Shown: one piece after another, positions 1 through 6,509 of the stretch
How the letters are laid out: each line of letters begins with the position of its first letter
Position numbering within the stretch: the stretch's first letter is position 1
Origin: Acidobacteriota bacterium
GTDB lineage: Bacteria > Acidobacteriota > Blastocatellia > Chloracidobacteriales > JADJPF01
Assembly (NCBI GenBank): GCA_017303955.1
Contig: JAFLBC010000021.1
Location: forward strand, 1 to 15,809
Direction: 5' to 3'
DNA: 15,809 nucleotides
The notes under the pieces: model-generated
What the model saw: only the letters and a program-made list of their open reading frames with translations
Told to the model about the DNA's origin: nothing
Databases searched by the model: none
Translations under genes and position numbers: made by a program

Positions 1-82
1 TTTTTGATTTTATTTTTGATTTTATTTTTAACTTAATTCTTAAAATAATTCTAGGCTTAATTCTTTAAGCTAAGGCTTCTTT

Positions 83-1114
83 TTACTTTTTTTCGCTATT
101 TATTAAAAACTGGGTACGAATCAGAACGGGAGATAAATTTTCATCTAACAAATAAAATTTTGTGTTAGCAATAGATTCTCCAATAAATGGATGCTCCCAA
201 GTTGAATTGCAGCAAATCAGACTACTACAAACTGTTGCTTCTGTTGGGCCATAAACATTAACTACACGAAGTTTTTTAGCCCATTGTCTAACTGTAGCAG
301 GTGGACAAACTTCCCCACCAATAATAATTGTCTCTAAACATTTTGGAATATTATTAATATCTAAAACTCTTAGCAGTGAAGGAGGTAAATCAATATGTGT
401 AATTTGTCGTCCCGCCAACAATTTCCAAAACTCTTTTTCAATCAATAGTTTATCAGTAGGCTCTATATAAATTGCCGCGCCTGATAATAAACTTGTACCA
501 ATGTCAGAAATAGCCGCGTCAAAGCTAGTTGAAAGATAAAATAAAGATCTACTTTTAGAAGTAAGCTGAAAAACAGGAATTTGGGCATTGATAAAATTAA
601 CTATTCCACTATGTTCAACCATAACGCCTTTAGGATTACCGGTTGAGCCTGATGTATAAATTACATAAGCAAGATCATTTTTATAAATACTAGGTAAAAC
701 TACACCGCTAACTTGATTAGTTGCTAGTATTTCTTGGTAATCAATAGCTTTAACATCTAGTTCATCAAACAAATGAAGATATGTTTTACAGGTAATAATA
801 ATTTTCGGTTCAGCTTCTTGGACAATAAAAGTTAGACGGTTTTTTGGTAATCCAGGGTCAAGCGGCAAAAATGCTGCATTAGCAAACCAAACTCCTAGCA
901 TTGTTGTAATGTAAGCAGCAGATTTATCTAGGCAAATTCCAATTATTGAATCTTTTTTTAAGTCTATGGATTTTAAGTAGTTACCAATTTTTGCAGCCTT
1001 GTTATAAAGTTCTAAATAAGTAGTTTTAGCTGTGTCATTTTCTACAACAGCATCATTATTTGGATAAAGAGAAACAATTTTTGCAAAGCAGCTAAGAAAA
1101 TCTAAGAAAACCAT
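83..1114 (-). CDS. AMP-binding (adenylation-domain) enzyme, C-terminally truncated; probable gene remnant or pseudogene
   Basis: 343-aa ORF. Core A-domain motifs are present: YTSGSTGNPKGV (A3/AMP-binding signature) and NVYGPTEATV (A5). The ORF stops about 55 aa after A5, just before where the A6 (GELxIGG) to A10 motifs would lie. It terminates LIRTQFLINSEKK, which diverges from the conserved PVPxGVxGEL region. The downstream 82 nt (1-82) are low-complexity AT repeats with no continuation in any frame. The start ATG (1112-1114) overlaps the upstream amidotransferase stop (TAATG). Confidence 0.6.
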   Translation of the reverse strand: MVFLDFLSCFAKIVSLYPNNDAVVENDTAKTTYLELYNKAAKIGNYLKSIDLKKDSIIGICLDKSAAYITTMLGVWFANAAFLPLDPGLPKNRLTFIVQEAEPKIIITCKTYLHLFDELDVKAIDYQEILATNQVSGVVLPSIYKNDLAYVIYTSGSTGNPKGVMVEHSGIVNFINAQIPVFQLTSKSRSLFYLSTSFDAAISDIGTSLLSGAAIYIEPTDKLLIEKEFWKLLAGRQITHIDLPPSLLRVLDINNIPKCLETIIIGGEVCPPATVRQWAKKLRVVNVYGPTEATVCSSLICCNSTWEHPFIGESIANTKFYLLDENLSPVLIRTQFLINSEKK

Positions 1115-3009
1115 TAGAGCTTAAACCCCTGATGAATAAAAAATGTTGTTAGAACAGTAAAAAGCACTGGATCAAAGGCTGATTTATCAGTTGTTGACAT
1201 TTTAGGTAATTGTTTTAGCAGATTGATAACCTTTTTTTGATTAAAAAAAGGCACATTGGCAAAACTTTGGCTATGGATAATGTCTTGAACAAAATTATTA
1301 ATTTCTGGGCTAGAAAAACAACTAATTGGGGGTGCTGTAAATGGTCGTTTTTCTCTTAAATAAATAGTTTTTGTAATTAATGGTCGCAAAGCTTCACGCA
1401 AAATATATTTTTCCACCGAACCTTTAATTTTTAGCGACATTGGCAGACTTCGAGCAAATTCAAAAAGCTTATGATCTAGAAAAGGAACTCGGCCTTCAAT
1501 AGAATTAGCCATTTCCGTTCCATCGCCTAATGTATGCAAAATATAATTTGCTAAACAAAGCTTTGACCAAAGATAAGAAGATTGGTTAACTCTATGGCGT
1601 GATTTTAATTGTCCTACAATATCAATATTAGCTAGAAAGTCTTGATAGCAATCAACCCTGCTAAATTGTTGAATAAAATTTTCAGACAAGATTTTTCTAA
1701 TTCGGTGTCCATAAGTTCCTTTTGCAGCTAAAAAAGCAGGAATAAAACCTAAGTTATTTTTAACCGTATCTAGCGGTAAAGACTCACCATAGGCTAGTTG
1801 AATGCCGGCTAGCTCGCTGTTGCTAGAGAAAAGTTTGTCAAAATTTTGATTTTCTAGGGAAAAAAGGTCTTGGCGTAGGTGTGGATAGCCAGCTAAAACT
1901 TCGTCTGAACCTTCACCCGTTAGCACTACCTTAAAACCTGCTTGGCGGATGGTTTTGCTTAAAATAAATTTTGCGGTCAAATGACCGTTAATTGCTAAAC
2001 CTTCGCTATAAAAAGTGGCTTCAGCCAAATGGGTAATTAAATCTTGCTGTGAGACAAATATAGGATTAAATGAAGCACCAGCAAACTTAGCCATTTCTTG
2101 AGCAATTGCAAATTCATCATAAAGTTCTTCTGCAAAGCTTACGCTATAACACTCAATAGGCTTATTGCTATATTGCATCGCTTGAGCTAAAACAGCACTG
2201 GAATCAAGACCACCGCTTAAGTAGCAACAAAACTCGACATCAGCCCTTAAACGTAGTCTAACCGCCTCTTGAAAATGGTGCTTAAATTCTTCTATTAAAC
2301 ATAATTCATTGTCTTGTCTATAGTTTCCATCAACAGGATAGTCTAAATCCCAATAACGATTGATTTTTACACCATTGCTATTAGCTAAAAGGTAATGTCC
2401 TGGAGGTAGTTGACGAATATTTGCAAAAAGTGTTCGGTCTTGAGGTAAATATTGCAAATTAGCAGCATGAAAATAGCTGTAATAATCCCAATTAGCTTCT
2501 AGCCCCATTGCAAAGAGGGCTTTAGCCTTTGAAGCAAGATAAAGTGTGTTATTTTGGTTGCTATAGCAAAGAGGTTTGATTCCAAAACGATCTCTAGCGG
2601 CAAAAAGCAATTGTTTTTTTTCGTCCCAAAGAATAAAAGCAAATTCGCCTCTTAAATAATTTAAGCAGCTAACTCCATATTTTGTATATAAATGTAGCAA
2701 AATTTCGCTATCTGTTTGAGTTTGAAACTTGTAGCCTTGATTTTCTAAATCTACTCGAATTTCTTCAAACCTATAAAACTCACCATTTACAACTATATAA
2801 ATTGTTTTATCTAAATTAGTTATGGGTTGTGTACCTGTATGTAAATCAATAATACTTAAGCGGGTATGACCTAGAGTAACAAGTTTATTTTTTGATTGCC
2901 AATAATTATTTGCATCCGGGCCACGATTATAAAGAGATGATAAAGCTTTGTTTATAGCATTGTTATCTATTGAGTTTGAGGTCGAAAAAATACCAACTAT
3001 TCCACACAT
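1114..3009 (-). CDS. asnB: Asparagine synthetase (glutamine-hydrolysing), class-II glutamine amidotransferase, AsnB-like
   Basis: 631-aa ORF. The N-terminus is MCGIVGIF, with the catalytic Cys2 of the Ntn glutaminase domain. A PP-loop ATP-pyrophosphatase motif (CYLSGGLDSSAVLA) is present in the synthetase domain. Both the length and the domain order fit AsnB. The C-terminus is about 80 aa longer than E. coli AsnB, as in pathway-dedicated AsnB homologues. Confidence 0.85.
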   Translation of the reverse strand: MCGIVGIFSTSNSIDNNAINKALSSLYNRGPDANNYWQSKNKLVTLGHTRLSIIDLHTGTQPITNLDKTIYIVVNGEFYRFEEIRVDLENQGYKFQTQTDSEILLHLYTKYGVSCLNYLRGEFAFILWDEKKQLLFAARDRFGIKPLCYSNQNNTLYLASKAKALFAMGLEANWDYYSYFHAANLQYLPQDRTLFANIRQLPPGHYLLANSNGVKINRYWDLDYPVDGNYRQDNELCLIEEFKHHFQEAVRLRLRADVEFCCYLSGGLDSSAVLAQAMQYSNKPIECYSVSFAEELYDEFAIAQEMAKFAGASFNPIFVSQQDLITHLAEATFYSEGLAINGHLTAKFILSKTIRQAGFKVVLTGEGSDEVLAGYPHLRQDLFSLENQNFDKLFSSNSELAGIQLAYGESLPLDTVKNNLGFIPAFLAAKGTYGHRIRKILSENFIQQFSRVDCYQDFLANIDIVGQLKSRHRVNQSSYLWSKLCLANYILHTLGDGTEMANSIEGRVPFLDHKLFEFARSLPMSLKIKGSVEKYILREALRPLITKTIYLREKRPFTAPPISCFSSPEINNFVQDIIHSQSFANVPFFNQKKVINLLKQLPKMSTTDKSAFDPVLFTVLTTFFIHQGFKL

Positions 3010-3053
3010 ATTTTTTGAGCAAAAGTTTTATAAAGTAGGCAAACTTAGATTTC

Positions 3054-3359
3054 TTATTCTTCTTCAGTAGTTTTGTTGTGATAAGCTTCACGAAAATGTA
3101 AAACATTTACGCTATCGTCACCTACAAGAAAAAGAATTCTGTAACGTTGGAAAATAATTTGTCTTATCTCAATATAAAATTCTTCGCTCTCAGGGGCTAA
3201 GGGATGGCGATTTGGAAACGTTTCAAGTTTGGCTATTTCTTTCATTAGGCTGTTAAACCACTTTTGAGCTTGTTTAGCTCCCCATTTTTCGCAACCCCAA
3301 TAATAAGCCCTATCTATTTCCTCTCTAGCTGGCTTTTCTATTACTACTTGGTATTTCAT
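3054..3359 (-). CDS. parE: Type II toxin, ParE/RelE superfamily (ParE-like)
   Basis: 101 aa. The N-terminus MKYQVVIEKPAREEIDRAYYW matches the ParE pattern MxYxVxFSxxAxxDLxxIxxY. The C-terminus RYRILFLVGDDSVNVLHFREAYH matches the ParE consensus YRIxYRVEDDxVxILRVxH. It lies immediately downstream of, and overlaps, a Phd/YefM-like gene. Confidence 0.7.
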   Translation of the reverse strand: MKYQVVIEKPAREEIDRAYYWGCEKWGAKQAQKWFNSLMKEIAKLETFPNRHPLAPESEEFYIEIRQIIFQRYRILFLVGDDSVNVLHFREAYHNKTTEEE

Positions 3360-3660
3360 TTTCTACCTCTTCATTTGTAGTAAAGTTGTGTTTTTGACGA
3401 AACTCTGCTGCAAAATCTTCTAGCTTTTGTCCTTCACCTCTTTTAATTGAGTCTAACCCTTGTTTAATAGCAGCAATGGCCTCCATGCGATCTTTAAGCA
3501 TGATAAGTTCTTCATAGCTTTCTGCATCTTGCACAACCAAAGCAGCTTTTCCATTTACTGTTAAGATTAGAGGTTCTTTTGTTTCTTGCATTTGCTTTAA
3601 GAGTTTTGTTGTGTTGCGTTTAAACTCACTTAAACTTTGTATATCTCTTGTTAGTTTCAT
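3325..3660 (-). CDS. Type II antitoxin, Phd/YefM family
   Basis: The start was reassigned to the ATG at 3658-3660 (MKLTRD...), which sits 8 nt downstream of an AAGGA Shine-Dalgarno sequence. The upstream Met codons of the 3325..3723 ORF lack an RBS. IQSLSEFKRNTTKLLKQMQETKEPLILTVNGKAALVVQDAESYEEL aligns with YefM ([48 protein letters not shown]). GLDSIKRGEG aligns with SIDSLKSGKG. The gene overlaps the toxin start by 35 nt. Confidence 0.7.
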   Translation of the reverse strand: MKLTRDIQSLSEFKRNTTKLLKQMQETKEPLILTVNGKAALVVQDAESYEELIMLKDRMEAIAAIKQGLDSIKRGEGQKLEDFAAEFRQKHNFTTNEEVENEIPSSNRKAS

Positions 3661-3775
3661 ACATAATCCTTGCATTAAATTTAATCTTAATTTGATGTTA
3701 CTAATAAATTCTTTCTTTTGCAAAAATTTTTCTAGGAAGGAAGAAATTTAGGGAAATAAGTCATTTTAATCAACA

Positions 3776-4711
3776 CTAATTAGACAAAGAGAAAAAGCGT
3801 TTTAGTAATTCGTTTTCAGCAGATAAATTAAAAGCTTCTTTGAAGTCTTCTAGCTTGTAAACTTTGCCAAACATTGAAGTAAAATCAACTTCGTTATTTG
3901 TTATTAGTGCAATTGCTTCATCAAACAAGCCATAATTTACAGCTTGAAATGTAATTTCTTTTTTAATTGCAGCAATAAAATCTATAGCAACGGCTTGATA
4001 TTGACGGCTTTTAAGAATTATTTTTCCTCTATGTTTAACTAAATCAATCATTTCTGATAAAGTTTTACTAGTAGCTAGAGTTTCAATTACATAATCATAA
4101 GAATTAGCCTTTAAACTTACTAAATTGTTATTTGGATCAAAGGTTTGAGTATTTTGAAAACCTTTAGCTTGTAATATTTTTTTTATTAGAAGTGAAATTC
4201 TATTTTCTCCATAAATTAACCCTTTTTGCTTGGGGTTTATATCACCTTTTAATACTGCTAATGCTGCTGCAATAGGCTCGCAATAAGCTGCTAATGGAAA
4301 GGGAATATTGTCATTTATTGGATAAACTGATTCTTTGGGAACAATAATAAACTCTGCAAATGCTCCATTTAGGTCAATTCCTAGCATTTTTGTTGATAAG
4401 CAATTATTGGAATTGTTAGCTAGACATTCTTGGCACGTTTTACAAGCAATTACTGGCATTACTGCTACGCGATCACCTATTTTAAGGTGAGTAACATTTT
4501 TTCCTAATGCTTCCACTATTCCAGAAAATTCATGACCTGGAATAACAGGATCTTGGCTTTTAATGCTGCCTTGAGCAACATAAATATCTGTGCGGCAAAT
4601 TCCTGCTATGACTACTCGAATTAACACATCATCATCTGATTGAATTGTAGGATTAGGCCATGTTTTTATGGTTAAATTTTTTCCTTCTTTGACTAAAGCT
4701 TTCATAGACAA
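3776..4711 (-). CDS. Zinc-dependent medium-chain alcohol dehydrogenase (MDR superfamily), atypical cofactor-binding motif
   Basis: 311 aa. Catalytic Zn ligands are present: Cys in AGICRTD and His-Glu in GHEFSGIV. The structural Zn site is CKTCQECLANNSNNC (C-x2-C-x2-C-x7-C). The Rossmann GxGxxG position reads GLIYGENRISLL, which is degenerate. Confidence 0.75.
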   Translation of the reverse strand: MSMKALVKEGKNLTIKTWPNPTIQSDDDVLIRVVIAGICRTDIYVAQGSIKSQDPVIPGHEFSGIVEALGKNVTHLKIGDRVAVMPVIACKTCQECLANNSNNCLSTKMLGIDLNGAFAEFIIVPKESVYPINDNIPFPLAAYCEPIAAALAVLKGDINPKQKGLIYGENRISLLIKKILQAKGFQNTQTFDPNNNLVSLKANSYDYVIETLATSKTLSEMIDLVKHRGKIILKSRQYQAVAIDFIAAIKKEITFQAVNYGLFDEAIALITNNEVDFTSMFGKVYKLEDFKEAFNLSAENELLKRFFSLSN

Positions 4712-4844
4712 TAAATTAAATAATTTTAAATTAAATAAAAAATCAAAAAGTTACATCCGTTACAGGAAATTGTAATATAAAATACTAGGAATCTAAGCTA
4801 TTTTTCTTGTTTGTAAAATAAAATTCTTAAATAAAAGTAAATCT
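4712..4844. promoter_or_regulatory. Divergent intergenic promoter region (ADH on minus, methyltransferase operon on plus) containing an inverted repeat TTACA-GGAAAT-TGTAA
   Basis: 133-nt AT-rich spacer between divergently transcribed genes. A 5-bp-arm inverted repeat lies at about 4759-4774 (ttacaggaaattgtaa). The spacer contains no ATG. Confidence 0.3.
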
Positions 4845-5609
4845 ATGACACAACCAATAAAAAAAGATGAGTGGTGGAAGCCTTTTTATGACGAGTTTTT
4901 TGTTAATCTTTTAACTTTGTGGAAAGACCAAGCAGAAATTGATTTAACCGTCTCTTTTTTAATTAAAGAACTAGGCTTAAAACCAGAAATGACAGTTTTT
5001 GATCAATGCTGTGGGGTTGGAAGCCTTAGTCTACCGCTAGCTAAACAAGGAATAAATATTATAGGCGTAGATTTAAGCCCTGACTTTATTAATAAAGCTA
5101 AATCTCAAACAAATGAAAATGCCCAATTTTATTGTGATGATGCTTTTAAGTTTATTCCCTTAAAACTTTGTGACGCAGCTTTTAATTGGCATACTAGTTT
5201 TGGCTATTCTGAGTTGGATAAAGAAAATATTTTAATGCTAAAAAATGCTTTTGCTTCACTAAAACCTGGGGGAAAATTTATTTTAGATTATCCAAACATG
5301 GCTTGTACCCTAAAAAACTTTGAACGCTCTATGATTAGGCATATTGATAGCAAAGAAGGCGAAATTTTACTTGTTCGTGAAAGTGAAATAAATTTGGCTA
5401 CAGGAATGCTTGAACAACTTTGGACAATTTGTTTGCCAACAGGAAAACAACTAAAAAAACAAAGCTTTGTAAAAATTTATTTACCACATGCACTAACAGA
5501 TATGTTAAAAGAATGTGGTTTTTGTAGGGTAGATATTTATAGCAATGTACTAGGAGAACCACTAAGCTTAAATACTCCTCGTTGTATTTATAAAGCAACT
5601 AAACCTTAG
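4845..5609 (+). CDS. Class I SAM-dependent methyltransferase
   Basis: 254 aa. Motif I is VFDQCCGVGSLSLPLA (D-x-G-x-G-x-G). The post-I motif is IIGVDLSPDFI, motif II is FYCDDAFKF, and motif III is LKPGGKFIL. Confidence 0.75.
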   Translation: MTQPIKKDEWWKPFYDEFFVNLLTLWKDQAEIDLTVSFLIKELGLKPEMTVFDQCCGVGSLSLPLAKQGINIIGVDLSPDFINKAKSQTNENAQFYCDDAFKFIPLKLCDAAFNWHTSFGYSELDKENILMLKNAFASLKPGGKFILDYPNMACTLKNFERSMIRHIDSKEGEILLVRESEINLATGMLEQLWTICLPTGKQLKKQSFVKIYLPHALTDMLKECGFCRVDIYSNVLGEPLSLNTPRCIYKATKP

Positions 5610-5623
5610 TAAATAAATAAATT

Positions 5624-6478
5624 ATGAATAAAATAAAAAAAATATTACCTCAAGATAGCAAACTAAAAGATAGCAAACTAACTAGAAAGCAAATTTATCA
5701 AGGCGAGGTTCTTTGTTTTCCTGCTACAGATGTTTCTAAACAGCTTGTAAGCGATGTATTAGCATTATTAAAAGAGGAGTTAGGCGAAGATGTTCGTACA
5801 GCACAATTTAGATTTTCTGATGAAGAATTTTTTGAGCATATTGGAAAATTAAGAAAAATAATTTATACCCAAACATATTTTCATGATTTAGCTAAAAAAC
5901 TACTAGTTGAACTTAAGTTTATTCCAAATGAAAATGCTTTTGAACCTATTAGACTACGGGTAATTACTCATAAAGGACATGAAAATCCTAAAGCAGCACC
6001 TATTTATTATGCTCATCGGGATACTTGGTATTCGCACTCGCAAGCATTAATTACTTGGTGGATACCTTTGCATGATTTAAGAGAAGAAGAAACCTTTGTA
6101 TTTTTTCCAGAATATTTTAATCATCCAGTAAAAAATGGCTCACAGCATTTTGATTATGACGAATGGATGCTAGATAAACGCCAATTAACAGTTGGATGGC
6201 AGGACAAAAACGCAGGTAGGGAAGCTTTTTATCCCTCTTTAATGGAAGAAATAAGTGACAGTCAAAAAGTAGGCTTTTCTGCTAAAGCAGGAGAAATAAT
6301 TCTGTTTTCTGGGTCATGTCTTCATCAAACGCTTAATAATTTATCAGGAATGACCCGTTTTAGCTTAGATTTTCGTACTGTAGATCTTACAGATCATAAT
6401 GAAAATATTGGCGCACCAAATGTTGATAATCTTTCTCGGGGTTCGGCAATGAGACAATATATCTACCCAAGTAATTAA
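5624..6478 (+). CDS. Putative Fe(II)/2-oxoglutarate-dependent dioxygenase, PhyH-like (phytanoyl-CoA dioxygenase family)
   Basis: 284 aa. YAHRDTWYSH fits the PhyH HxD facial-triad motif (xHxDxxY/W). The distal LHQTLNNLSGMTRFSLDFR fits H-x3-4-N-x2-S-x3-R, which is the second His plus the 2OG-binding Arg of PhyH/EctD-type enzymes. It lies 14 nt downstream of the methyltransferase gene. Confidence 0.45.
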   Translation: MNKIKKILPQDSKLKDSKLTRKQIYQGEVLCFPATDVSKQLVSDVLALLKEELGEDVRTAQFRFSDEEFFEHIGKLRKIIYTQTYFHDLAKKLLVELKFIPNENAFEPIRLRVITHKGHENPKAAPIYYAHRDTWYSHSQALITWWIPLHDLREEETFVFFPEYFNHPVKNGSQHFDYDEWMLDKRQLTVGWQDKNAGREAFYPSLMEEISDSQKVGFSAKAGEIILFSGSCLHQTLNNLSGMTRFSLDFRTVDLTDHNENIGAPNVDNLSRGSAMRQYIYPSN

Positions 6479-6509
6479 ATTTATTTTTTCTAGGAGCATA
6501 ATAAAAATT

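Noticed and set aside
1114-3009. Possibility that the AsnB-like gene is a lasso-peptide cyclase (McjC-like)
   Set aside because: Lasso cyclases generally lack the N-terminal Cys glutaminase domain, whereas this protein starts MCGIVG. No precursor peptide, B-protein (transglutaminase-like) or RRE gene is nearby.
3325-3723. Longer 132-aa version of the antitoxin ORF starting at 3723
   Set aside because: Homology to Phd/YefM begins at MKLTRD (ATG at 3660), and that ATG has an AAGGA RBS. The upstream 21 codons lack homology and lack an RBS.
5398-5598. 66-aa minus-strand ORF inside the methyltransferase gene
   Set aside because: It is antisense to a motif-supported CDS. It has low-complexity hydrophobic composition, which is typical of AT-rich antisense frames.
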